The translations under genes and the position numbers were made by a program. From positions 37,030 through 101,029 of the forward strand of contig NZ_CBFIBE010000003.1 in the NCBI RefSeq assembly GCF_965660805.1: a DNA stretch of 64,000 nt, read 5' to 3'. Of this stretch, positions 1 through 8,445 are shown one piece after another. Source of the stretch: Nonlabens sp. GTDB taxonomy: Bacteria; Bacteroidota; Bacteroidia; Flavobacteriales; Flavobacteriaceae. Every line of letters starts with the position of its first letter. The first letter of the stretch is position 1. Under the pieces are notes generated by a model. The model worked only from the letters and a program-made list of their open reading frames with translations. It was not told the origin of the DNA and did no database searches.

Positions 1-661
1 TACTTTTAGAATAAGGAAGTGGAAAACCACCATCGGTCATTTTCCAGTCGTTCCATTCTGCTTTAATCCCATCAAAAGGGATGATGCTCACCCACATTTT
101 AAATGCAATGGGTTTATTATTTTCATCAACTTCCCATAAATAGACATCTCCTGGAGTGGTTCCTCCAGTGGTGTATCTCACGAGTAATTTATTTTTCCCT
201 TCTTCTTCAATGAGCTCTCGTTCAGTTCCTATATCCATTATTTTATGAGGTGCTACTACCCAGAAACTATCATTGTTAAAATTTTTACCAGCATACTCTA
301 TCGCCTTTTGTAATTCTTCACCTTTTAACTTTTTTCCATCCTTCCAGGCAAAACTAATTTGAGGATACGTAGTCACATATGCCACTTTATAATCATCCCA
401 AAAAACATCTACGGCATTTTGTTGCAACTTCCATACATAACGATTTACTCCTCTAAAGGTCCAGTGAATTTCTTTTACCTCAGTAAACTCTTTATGGTTG
501 ATTGCTTCTAGAATGGCATAGCCTAGTTCATCAGCTTTGGCGCCTTTTTCTCCTTGCGGTATATCTTCATTAAAAACTAACTTTAAAACTATAAAACCGA
601 TCAAAAGAAAGGCAAGAAGTCCTAGAACGATTTTTAATAAAAATTTAAATATTTTTTTCAA
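1..661 (-). CDS. Hypothetical membrane-anchored protein, 3' end runs off the window
   Basis: Hand translation from TTG at 661: MKKIFKFLLKIVLGLLAFLLIGFIVLKLVFNEDIPQGEKG... stays open to position 2. It has an N-terminal hydrophobic anchor and a TATCTTTG -7 box at 690-697 (minus). Not in the ORF track. Confidence 0.8.
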   Translation of the reverse strand, partial: MKKIFKFLLKIVLGLLAFLLIGFIVLKLVFNEDIPQGEKGAKADELGYAILEAINHKEFTEVKEIHWTFRGVNRYVWKLQQNAVDVFWDDYKVAYVTTYPQISFAWKDGKKLKGEELQKAIEYAGKNFNNDSFWVVAPHKIMDIGTERELIEEEGKNKLLVRYTTGGTTPGDVYLWEVDENNKPIAFKMWVSIIPFDGIKAEWNDWKMTDGGFPLPYSKS

Positions 662-689
662 AGCTCAATGTATTTATAGAAATTATGCT

Positions 690-697
690 CAAAGATA
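690..697 (-). promoter_or_regulatory. Bacteroidota -7 promoter box for the leftward gene starting at 661
   Basis: TATCTTTG on the minus strand matches TAnnTTTG. Confidence 0.55.
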
Positions 698-717
698 ATC
701 AAGCAAAAAAAGAATAC

Positions 718-1239
718 ATGAAAATATTAGGAATAGGCTCTAGAATTAATCATGCCACTTATGGTTTTGGAGTAGTGACCAATGTTACTGCAAAACATTA
801 CTGGGTAACCTTTCAAAAAGATGGCCTAGAAACCATAGATGTAGATGAAGAATTTGAAGTGATTGAAGCCTGCGAAGATGATGTCGATACCGTGAGTTTT
901 TATGAAGTAGAAAAAAGCCTGAGAGAAATCCTGCAACGCTTTTCTGATGTTTCTCAAATCGTGCCGATAGCCGATAAGTATAAAAATGGAACTTTAGTGC
1001 TCAAACCCGCAGACCCTAATCTCTCTGTAAAAGAAATACCTATTAATACATTCTGGCATAAAATAGTGATGTTGCGTGATAGACTGCGCGTTATGGAACA
1101 AAAAATCAACAGCTCTGATTTAGATGATCAATCAAAGGTAGATTTACAGCAATACATCACCAGGATTTATGGAAGTCTTACAACTTTTAATGTGCTTTTT
1201 GCCAGTAAGGACCAGCAGTTTAAAGGAAGTGGGAAATAG
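718..1239 (+). CDS. Conserved hypothetical protein
   Basis: The ORF track gives 685-1239. ATG at 718 (MKILGIGSRINH) is preferred because the 685 start overlaps the divergent promoter. Confidence 0.75.
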   Translation: MKILGIGSRINHATYGFGVVTNVTAKHYWVTFQKDGLETIDVDEEFEVIEACEDDVDTVSFYEVEKSLREILQRFSDVSQIVPIADKYKNGTLVLKPADPNLSVKEIPINTFWHKIVMLRDRLRVMEQKINSSDLDDQSKVDLQQYITRIYGSLTTFNVLFASKDQQFKGSGK

Positions 1240-1260
1240 TAGGTGTCAGGTAGTTGTAAC

Positions 1261-1298
1261 TATCCATAGATGCGGACTTAAGTCCGCATCTATGGATA
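1261..1298. repeat. 38-bp perfect palindrome, REP-like
   Basis: TATCCATAGATGCGGACTTAAGTCCGCATCTATGGATA equals its own reverse complement. Confidence 0.9.
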
Positions 1299-1315
1299 TG
1301 AATCAATAGGAAGCA

Positions 1316-1344
1316 AAAAATCCAGCTCACCGAGTTGGATTTTT
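1316..1344. terminator. Hairpin, terminator-like
   Basis: AAAAATCCAGCTC-acc-GAGTTGGATTTTT, one G.U pair, between convergent genes. Confidence 0.6.
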
Positions 1345-1369
1345 CAGAGTGATATTTTATTTGGCAAAA

Positions 1370-1401
1370 AAAAATCAGCTCTTTAAAAAGAGCTGATTTT
1401 T
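1370..1401. terminator. Bidirectional intrinsic terminator
   Basis: AAAAATCAGCTCTTT-aa-AAAGAGCTGATTTTT with A and T runs, between convergent genes. Confidence 0.75.
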
Positions 1402-1412
1402 ATATTTACATG

Positions 1413-1447
1413 AACTGATAACTAATAACAGTTAACTGATAACTAAT
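1413..1447. repeat. Five imperfect tandem heptamers
   Basis: AACTGAT AACTAAT AACAGTT AACTGAT AACTAAT, overlapping the ppa stop codon. Confidence 0.7.
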
Positions 1448-1982
1448 TCTTTGGAAACTTCTTCCTATAATCTACAATAGACTGTTTAACGATTTCCATA
1501 GCTTTTTCACGACCTTGGAACTCTTCAACTTCTACGGTTTTGTTTTCTAGTTTTTTATAATCTTGGAAGAAATTGCGCATTTCTTTTTTCCAGTATTCTG
1601 GTAACTCGCTCACATCATTAAAGTGCGCTACTGACATATCATTGGCAGCTACGGCTATGATTTTATCATCCATCTCACCACCATCCAGCATTTGCATCAC
1701 ACCTATAACTTTACAGTCCACTAGGCACATAGGTACGATCTCGATTTGAGAAAGCACAAGAATATCTAGTGGATCCTGATCATCACAATAAGTCTGCGGT
1801 ATAAAACCATAGTTAGTAGGGTAGTACATAGAGGAGTAAATAACACGATCTAGAATCAACATTCCAGAATCTTTATCCAGCTCATATTTTGCTCTTGTGT
1901 TCTTTGGGATCTCTATAATGCCCGTTACTTTCTCTGGCGCATTGTCGCCATAACTTACATCATGCCATGGATGTTGTCTCAT
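1443..1982 (-). CDS. ppa: Family I inorganic pyrophosphatase
   Basis: Motifs [41 protein letters not shown]. Confidence 0.97.
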   Translation of the reverse strand: MRQHPWHDVSYGDNAPEKVTGIIEIPKNTRAKYELDKDSGMLILDRVIYSSMYYPTNYGFIPQTYCDDQDPLDILVLSQIEIVPMCLVDCKVIGVMQMLDGGEMDDKIIAVAANDMSVAHFNDVSELPEYWKKEMRNFFQDYKKLENKTVEVEEFQGREKAMEIVKQSIVDYRKKFPKN

Positions 1983-2005
1983 AATTCCTTGTTTTTTAAG
2001 GATTG

Positions 2006-2013
2006 CAAAAATA
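2006..2013 (-). promoter_or_regulatory. -7 promoter box of ppa
   Basis: TATTTTTG on the minus strand, 23 nt upstream of the ATG. Confidence 0.65.
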
Positions 2014-2023
2014 GTATGGTTTA

Positions 2024-2039
2024 CGCTTTCGCGAAAGCG
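2024..2039. repeat. 16-bp palindrome copy 1, perfect, intergenic
   Basis: CGCTTTCGCGAAAGCG between divergent ppa and the VWA gene. Confidence 0.97.
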
Positions 2040-2174
2040 AATTCACAATAATCTCCATGATAAACATACTTAAACCGTTTATAAAGAACCTTAAAGCAAC
2101 TTTTATGTTTTAAAGCCATGTTAAATTGATGGTTCAAGGAAGGAATTATCATTTATCACGACTATCTTTAACCT

Positions 2175-3320
2175 ATGATGCAAGAAAGAGCTGGTTATAA
2201 ATTTGAATTCTTTAATCCTAAAGATGTTGATCCATTTGATAAGTTATTTGGGATATTTAAAGAATTAATTACGCATACATCAGGAGATTTTGACGAGGCT
2301 ATAGACTGGTTACGCGAGCTGGATAAAGAATATAAACTCACAACTCCAGAATACACTATTGATGATTTTATAAATGATTTACTAGAACGTGGTTATATTA
2401 AGCAGGAAATAGATCCTACTACTGGTGGCGATGGAACTGGTGATGAAGCAGGTTCAGGAGCTTTCTCAATTACTGCCAAAACTGAGCAACTCCTGCGGCA
2501 GCATGCCCTAGAACAAATCTTTGGTAACATGCGTAAAGGGAATAGCGGTAATCACAAAACAGGTAAATTAGGAACTGGAGATGAACATAGCGGTGATTAT
2601 AGATCTTATCGTTTTGGAGATGGGCTAGACCGTATTTCTATGACAGAGAGCTTGCGTAACGCACAGATTAATCATGGTATGGGAAACTTTAATCTTACTG
2701 AAGATGATCTGGTGGTAGAAGACACGCAGTTTAAGGCTCAAATGTCTACCGTACTAATGATTGATATCTCACACTCCATGATTCTCTATGGAGAAGATCG
2801 TATCACACCTGCTAAAAAGGTAGCTATGGCACTAGCAGAGTTGATCACGACTCGTTATCCTAAAGATACCTTAGACATTATCGTCTTCGGTAATGATTCC
2901 TGGCCCATTAAAATTGCTGATTTGCCATATTTAAAAGTAGGTCCATATCATACTAATACTGTAGCTGGTTTACAGCTTGCTATGGATATACTGCGTCGCA
3001 AGCGCAATACTAATAAGCAAATTTTTATGATTACTGACGGTAAACCTAGCTGTTTGCGATTAAAGGATGGTCGTTATTATAAAAATAGTAACGGTTTAGA
3101 CGAGTACATTGTTGATAAATGCTACACTATGGCAGCACAAGCACGCAGGTTACATATTCCCATTACTACCTTTATGATTGCAAATGACCCTTATTTACAA
3201 CGATTTGTAGATGAATTTACAGAGGCTAATCAGGGAAAAGCTTTCTTCACCGGTCTGCAAGGTCTAGGCGAAATGATTTTTACAGACTATGAAGCTAATA
3301 GAAAAAAAAGATTAAAGTGA
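2175..3320 (+). CDS. von Willebrand factor A (VWA) domain protein
   Basis: MIDAS motif DISHSM, plus T (HTNTVAGL) and ITDG elements. Confidence 0.85.
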   Translation: MMQERAGYKFEFFNPKDVDPFDKLFGIFKELITHTSGDFDEAIDWLRELDKEYKLTTPEYTIDDFINDLLERGYIKQEIDPTTGGDGTGDEAGSGAFSITAKTEQLLRQHALEQIFGNMRKGNSGNHKTGKLGTGDEHSGDYRSYRFGDGLDRISMTESLRNAQINHGMGNFNLTEDDLVVEDTQFKAQMSTVLMIDISHSMILYGEDRITPAKKVAMALAELITTRYPKDTLDIIVFGNDSWPIKIADLPYLKVGPYHTNTVAGLQLAMDILRRKRNTNKQIFMITDGKPSCLRLKDGRYYKNSNGLDEYIVDKCYTMAAQARRLHIPITTFMIANDPYLQRFVDEFTEANQGKAFFTGLQGLGEMIFTDYEANRKKRLK

Positions 3321-3400
3321 TAGTTAAAAGTATGATATTACGTTTAACGTTATATTGTTTGTTTTATTTATATACCCGACTAGGAATTTGAAATTCGGTA

Positions 3401-4060
3401 TTACTTCTTTAACTTTTTATAATATTCATCCAGCACTTTTTTTCTTCCTACAGTCTTAGTAATGATATCTTTTTCTAGATCCCAGCCACGTGCCGGACTG
3501 TATTCACGACCGTACCAGATGATTTGTAAATGTAAATCGTTCCACTTTTCTTCTGGAAACAAGCGTTTAGCATCTTTTTCTGTTTGAACTACGTTTTTAC
3601 CGGTAGTAAGGTTCCAGCGGTACATTAATCTGTGAATATGAGTGTCTACAGGAAATGCTGGAATGCCAAAAGCTTGTGACATTACCACCGCAGCCGTTTT
3701 ATGACCTACAGCAGGCATAGCCTCTAGTTCTGCATAGGTTTGTGGTACCTTTCCATCATGTAAGTCTAGAATCATTTGTGATAGACCGTGAATTCCTTTA
3801 GCTTTCATAGGTGATAGTCCTACTGGTTTAATAATTTCACGTATCTCATCTACAGACATGCGCACCATATCATAAGGGTTATCAGCACGTTTAAAGAGTA
3901 GAGGTGTGATTTGATTCACTCTTACATCAGTACTTTGAGCACTCATTAATACGGCTATTAATAAAGTGTATGGATCTTTATGATCTAGAGGTATCGGTAT
4001 TTCTGGATAGAGTTCTTCCAGTTTATTTATGATAAAATTTACTCTTTCCTCTTTATTCAT
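3401..4060 (-). CDS. nth: Endonuclease III, HhH-GPD glycosylase; no C-terminal 4Fe-4S cysteine cluster seen
   Basis: LIAVLMSAQSTD, HhH PAVGHKTA, FPVDTHIHR. Confidence 0.93.
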   Translation of the reverse strand: MNKEERVNFIINKLEELYPEIPIPLDHKDPYTLLIAVLMSAQSTDVRVNQITPLLFKRADNPYDMVRMSVDEIREIIKPVGLSPMKAKGIHGLSQMILDLHDGKVPQTYAELEAMPAVGHKTAAVVMSQAFGIPAFPVDTHIHRLMYRWNLTTGKNVVQTEKDAKRLFPEEKWNDLHLQIIWYGREYSPARGWDLEKDIITKTVGRKKVLDEYYKKLKK

Positions 4061-4081
4061 GTTATAAATTTATGCTTTCAA

Positions 4082-4089
4082 CAAAAATA
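4082..4089 (-). promoter_or_regulatory. -7 promoter box of nth
   Basis: TATTTTTG on the minus strand in the 34-bp divergent gap. Confidence 0.6.
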
Positions 4090-4094
4090 CAATT

Positions 4095-4544
4095 ATGACC
4101 ACATTAAAAGCAGGAGATCAAGCACCAGATTTTTCAGTAGTGAATCAAGATGGAAATGCCGTGTCTCTAGCCGATTTTAAAGGCAAAAAGTTAGTTTTAT
4201 TTTTCTATCCTAAAGCAAGTACTCCTGGCTGCACGGCCGAGGCTTGTAACCTGAGAGATAATGTAGATCGCTTTCGCGAAAGCGGATACGAGATTCTAGG
4301 TGCTAGTGCAGATAGTCCTAAAAGACAATTGAATTTTAAAAACAAGTATGAATTACCTTATGACCTGCTCGCTGATGAAGATCACAGGTTATTAAATGCT
4401 TATAAAGTTTGGGGTCCTAAGAAGTTTATGGGTAAAGAGTATGATGGTATTCATAGAACTACTTTTGTGATCGATGAAAATGGTGTTATTACTGATGTGA
4501 TTACTAAGGTAAAAACCAAAGATCATACTGCTCAAATTCTATAA
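4095..4544 (+). CDS. bcp: Thioredoxin-dependent thiol peroxidase (BCP/PrxQ)
   Basis: FFYPKASTPGCTAEAC, RTTFVIDENG. Confidence 0.95.
   Translation: MTTLKAGDQAPDFSVVNQDGNAVSLADFKGKKLVLFFYPKASTPGCTAEACNLRDNVDRFRESGYEILGASADSPKRQLNFKNKYELPYDLLADEDHRLLNAYKVWGPKKFMGKEYDGIHRTTFVIDENGVITDVITKVKTKDHTAQIL
4269..4284. repeat. 16-bp palindrome copy 2, perfect, in bcp, read as RFRES
   Basis: ...DNVD-RFRES-GYEILG... Confidence 0.97.
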
Positions 4545-4563
4545 AAGAGCAATTTATGAGATT

Positions 4564-4596
4564 AAAAAAGACCGCTATTATTGCGGTCTTTTTTTT
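4564..4596. terminator. Bidirectional intrinsic terminator
   Basis: AAAAAAGACCGC-tattatt-GCGGTCTTTTTTTT between convergent genes. Confidence 0.8.
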
Positions 4597-4617
4597 ATGC
4601 TTGATGAGCTTATTAAA

Positions 4618-6072
4618 TTAAGATGTCTCGATCAAACCATTAGTATTACAGCCAAATAGATTTTGCTCATCAATCAAATCAGCAATTCCAGCTGGCAACA
4701 TCTCGCGCCATCCTTCTTCACCTGCAGCAATCATGCGCAAAACTTCTCTAGAAAAAATATGCATGATTTCTTCATCATATTCTTCTATATCTATCACACG
4801 ACCATTGTACTTAAAGAACTTATAAAGTTCTTTCATACGAGGATGAACTTTAATGTTTTCACTTGTGATTAATTCACCTGTTTCTTTATCAAACATAGGG
4901 TAGAGATAGACTCTTAAGTCTTTAAAGAATAGTTTTCCGAAGGCTTCTAGAATCCCACCACTTAAATGAGTATAATACTTAGTATCAAATATATCTACCA
5001 GGTTATTCACACCCATAACTAATCCTATACGCTCCTTAGTATAGTTGTTAAAATACTCTACAAGTCTATAGTATTCTTTGAAATTAGAAATCATAACTGT
5101 TTGACCTAGAGAGCATAAAAGCTCTGCGCGGTGCATAAAATCTTCTTCGTCTATTTCTCCTTGAGCCTTTAAGTTAGAAAGTGTAATTTCAAAAATAGTC
5201 TCTAGTTTATCTTCTTGAACTTTACCAGACTTAATGAACATGGTTTTTGCCTTTTCATACATGTCCATGTTAACCTTAGTCACTGGCCTGAAACTACCTC
5301 TTAAGGCTAGTACATTTTTCTTGTAAAGGATACGCGCGCTTAAAATATTTTTTCCATCAGGACCGAACATAACAGCTTCAGTCATTTCATTGCGTAACAA
5401 CTGTAGAGACATGAGGCGATTATCAACTTGTTTAAATCGCGGACCGTCAAAGTTGATCATGTCTATCTCAATTTTATCCTTATCGATATGATCATAAAGG
5501 TATTTGAGTAGTTTTTTAGGCTGGTCATGTTTGTAAAAAGCACCATAAATTAAATTCACACCTAAAATTCCTAGGGTGATTTGCTGTAAACGAGCATCAG
5601 TTTCTTTGAATCTTACATGTAAGACTATTTCTGAATATTCTTCTAGTGGTGCAGCTTGGAATTTAATACCTACCCAACCGTGGCCTTTATATTTTTTTGC
5701 AAAATCAATAGTAGCAACTGTGTTTGCATAAGTAAAGAACATCTTTTCAGGATGTTTATCTCTAGCAATACGTTCTTCTATAAGATCAGACTCATATTTT
5801 AACATGCGGCGCAAGCGAGCCTCGGTCACATAACGTCCATCATCTTGAATACCATAAACAGCGTCTGAAAAATCTTTATCATAGGCACTCATAGCCTTTG
5901 CTATAGTACCAGATGCTCCACCTGCTCTAAAGAAATGACGTACCGTTTCTTGTCCAGCGCCTATCTCTGCAAACGTACCGTAGATATTACGGTTCAAGTT
6001 GATTCTTAAAGACTTATTTTTAATCGACGGGACAGATTCAAAATCTTTATCTCCAGGTAAGGTAACTCCCAT
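4618..6072 (-). CDS. Conserved Bacteroidota protein with a nucleotidyltransferase (NMN/NaMN adenylyltransferase)-like C-terminal part
   Basis: GSFRPVTKVN resembles a degenerate GSFNP-HxGH motif. Start moved from 6111 to 6072 because a TACCTTTG -7 box lies at 6100-6107. Confidence 0.6.
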   Translation of the reverse strand: MGVTLPGDKDFESVPSIKNKSLRINLNRNIYGTFAEIGAGQETVRHFFRAGGASGTIAKAMSAYDKDFSDAVYGIQDDGRYVTEARLRRMLKYESDLIEERIARDKHPEKMFFTYANTVATIDFAKKYKGHGWVGIKFQAAPLEEYSEIVLHVRFKETDARLQQITLGILGVNLIYGAFYKHDQPKKLLKYLYDHIDKDKIEIDMINFDGPRFKQVDNRLMSLQLLRNEMTEAVMFGPDGKNILSARILYKKNVLALRGSFRPVTKVNMDMYEKAKTMFIKSGKVQEDKLETIFEITLSNLKAQGEIDEEDFMHRAELLCSLGQTVMISNFKEYYRLVEYFNNYTKERIGLVMGVNNLVDIFDTKYYTHLSGGILEAFGKLFFKDLRVYLYPMFDKETGELITSENIKVHPRMKELYKFFKYNGRVIDIEEYDEEIMHIFSREVLRMIAAGEEGWREMLPAGIADLIDEQNLFGCNTNGLIETS

Positions 6073-6163
6073 TATGGTATGGCTATTAAAAGGTTTACAC
6101 AAAGGTAGCAAACCACAGCGTAGAACAAAAAATATTAAGTATTTTTAACCTAAATTCTACAAA

Positions 6164-6925
6164 GTGAAAATCACCATTTTAGGTACTGGTACCTCTCAAG
6201 GAATTCCCGTTATAGGTAGTGAACATCCTGTATGTTTAAGCGATGATTCTCGTGATAAAAGACTGAGAGTTAGTGCTATGATAGAGGTTGATGGGAAACG
6301 CCTCGTTATAGATTGTGGACCAGACTTTAGACAGCAAATGTTAAAGCATGATGTGAAAAAAATCGACGGTGTACTTTTTACTCATGAGCACGCAGACCAT
6401 ACTGCAGGTTTAGACGATTTGAGACCTTTTTTCTTTAGACAAGGTGAGATTAATTGCCACATGACCTCAAGAGTTCACCTTGCTTTACAAGAGCGTTTTA
6501 GTTATATGTTTGCCACAGAAAATAAGTATCCTGGTGTGGCAGACTTAACGGTGCATGAATTTAATACTGATAATTTCATGGCGGCTGGAATAGAAGTGAT
6601 TCCTGTGCTTGCAGATCATGGTTTTATTCCGGTACATGGATTCAGAATAGGTGATTTTGCATACATGACTGATGTTAAGACAATTGCAGTAAGGGAACAA
6701 TTAAAGCTTAAAAATTTAGAGGTGCTTGTTCTTAATATGTTAAGAGAAGAAGAGCATAAAACACATTTAAACCTAGATGAAGCGCTAGAATTAGTAAGGG
6801 AACTGAATCCTAAACGTACTTACTTCACACACATAAGTCATCATTTAGGTTTCCATGAAGATGTTGAAAAAAAATTACCAGAAGGAGTTTTTCTGGCTTA
6901 TGATAACTTAAAAATCCATATTTAA
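6164..6925 (+). CDS. MBL-fold metallohydrolase, PhnP-like
   Basis: LGTGTSQGIPVIG, THEHADHTAGLDDLR, THISH; GTG start. Confidence 0.9.
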   Translation: MKITILGTGTSQGIPVIGSEHPVCLSDDSRDKRLRVSAMIEVDGKRLVIDCGPDFRQQMLKHDVKKIDGVLFTHEHADHTAGLDDLRPFFFRQGEINCHMTSRVHLALQERFSYMFATENKYPGVADLTVHEFNTDNFMAAGIEVIPVLADHGFIPVHGFRIGDFAYMTDVKTIAVREQLKLKNLEVLVLNMLREEEHKTHLNLDEALELVRELNPKRTYFTHISHHLGFHEDVEKKLPEGVFLAYDNLKIHI

Positions 6926-6926
6926 T

Positions 6927-7418
6927 ATGAAACGTAACCTTTATTTATATTTATTCATTTTTGCTTCGTTAATAGCCTTAATCCTGTATGTAAATGCAAG
7001 AAAGATCCAGGAGTCACAAGATGCTGCTTACATTCAACTGGAAGATAAACTTAAAGCAGCCGAAGAAAAATTACAAGAAACTAACACGTTAGGTAGTTCT
7101 ACCAGTTTATTTACTTTAAAAAATAACGAAGAGGCTTATGACTATTTTGCAGCTAGTGGTCTAGATAGAGATCGTGTTGAGGCTTTGCTTATGGATTATC
7201 TTCTAGAAAAAAACCTTGTTAAAGGTGGAAATCCTTTAGTGGAATATATAGGAGAAGGTAGAGGTTATCAAATTAATGATATGCAGGTACTTAATCATAA
7301 GTGGTTAATCGCAAATTTTGCCGATGGAGAAAACTGGGGAGAAGTGCTAATTCAATATAATTTTAATGAAAATAATGAATTATCTATGGAGACTCTAAAG
7401 TCATTACTGTATAATTAG
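6927..7418 (+). CDS. Hypothetical protein with N-terminal membrane anchor and short coiled coil
   Basis: ORF track; hydrophobic residues about 5-23; begins 1 bp after the upstream stop. Confidence 0.75.
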   Translation: MKRNLYLYLFIFASLIALILYVNARKIQESQDAAYIQLEDKLKAAEEKLQETNTLGSSTSLFTLKNNEEAYDYFAASGLDRDRVEALLMDYLLEKNLVKGGNPLVEYIGEGRGYQINDMQVLNHKWLIANFADGENWGEVLIQYNFNENNELSMETLKSLLYN

Positions 7419-8089
7419 TTAGAGTTTTTTTCCAGCCAGGCTTTCATATCATAAAAATTATCCCTAGCCACGCCGTGACCTATAGGATAATCTTTAAAAA
7501 CATAATCGAGTTCTAGGTTTTTTAAGATGTCTGGAGCAAGTTTAGCCCATGCATAGGGTACTACTTGATCTACGGTCCCGTGTGAAATGAAATAGGATGG
7601 TTTTGTTACGCTTTCGCGAAAGCGTGCTTCTAACTCCTCCCGATTATAAATCATTTCTTCATTTAAATAACCACTCATACACACTACTTTATCAAATAAT
7701 TGTGGATAGGATAGACTTAATCCATATGATAAGATAGCTCCTTGACTAAAGCCTAGAATATTAATTTGCTCTTGAGAAATAGAGTAACTGTTTTTAAGTT
7801 CTTCTATAAATTTGAGAAGTAATGTCATGCTCTGTTTTGCTTGATTCACATCACTGAATTTACCGCCAGTAGCGTCAAAGTTAATCGCATACCATGCTGC
7901 TCCATAAGGAGGTAAATCATATGGAGCACGTGCAGAAACGATAAAGAATTCTTGTGATAATTCTGGTGTAAAAGAGAATAAATCCTCCTCATTACTGCCA
8001 TAACCATGAAGTAATAGGAGTAATGGAGCGTTTTCTTTAAGTGCAGGTCTTATAACATGCTTAAGGGATAGATCTGAACGAGCTTTCAT
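7415..8089 (-). CDS. Phospholipase/carboxylesterase, alpha/beta hydrolase
   Basis: LLLHGYGSNE, nucleophile GFSQG, HGTVDQVVP, GHGV. Confidence 0.92.
   Translation of the reverse strand: MKARSDLSLKHVIRPALKENAPLLLLLHGYGSNEEDLFSFTPELSQEFFIVSARAPYDLPPYGAAWYAINFDATGGKFSDVNQAKQSMTLLLKFIEELKNSYSISQEQINILGFSQGAILSYGLSLSYPQLFDKVVCMSGYLNEEMIYNREELEARFRESVTKPSYFISHGTVDQVVPYAWAKLAPDILKNLELDYVFKDYPIGHGVARDNFYDMKAWLEKNSN
7609..7624. repeat. 16-bp palindrome copy 3, perfect, in the esterase, read as RFRES
   Basis: ...ELEA-RFRES-VTKPSY... Confidence 0.97.
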
Positions 8090-8445
8090 TATTTAATAAA
8101 ATTGAACCATTTCTGGAAAAGTGGACCTACTAATGGAAGTGCATCTGTTTGATTTTTTAAAGTACTCACCAGTCCTAGTGCCGCAAGTACTACAAAAAAA
8201 CAGGTCATTAAAAGAGGGATGATTCCGGTAGGTAAATTATCTGCAAAAACACTGACTACGATTGCTGCGAGAAGGATACCAAACATTTGTCGCAAATGAA
8301 ATGCCGCAAAGGGTTGGTTCTTACCATTATTTAATATGAGTGCCATTCCAAAAATAGCAATACACACAACTAAATGAAAAAATAGAAAGAGAGCACTAGC
8401 ATATCCTATGAGCGCTAAGTTTTTTCCTGCTGGTTGCTTATCCAT
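8089..8445 (-). CDS. Small membrane protein, about 3 TM, DUF4870-like
   Basis: Hydrophobic segments, FHLRQ motif, C-terminal LPLVG. Confidence 0.7.
   Translation of the reverse strand: MDKQPAGKNLALIGYASALFLFFHLVVCIAIFGMALILNNGKNQPFAAFHLRQMFGILLAAIVVSVFADNLPTGIIPLLMTCFFVVLAALGLVSTLKNQTDALPLVGPLFQKWFNFIK

Noticed and set aside
3370-3403. ATATACCCGA...TCGGTATTA as another mini-element
   Set aside because: Only the outermost few bases resemble the family, so it cannot be separated from a chance or terminator-like hairpin.
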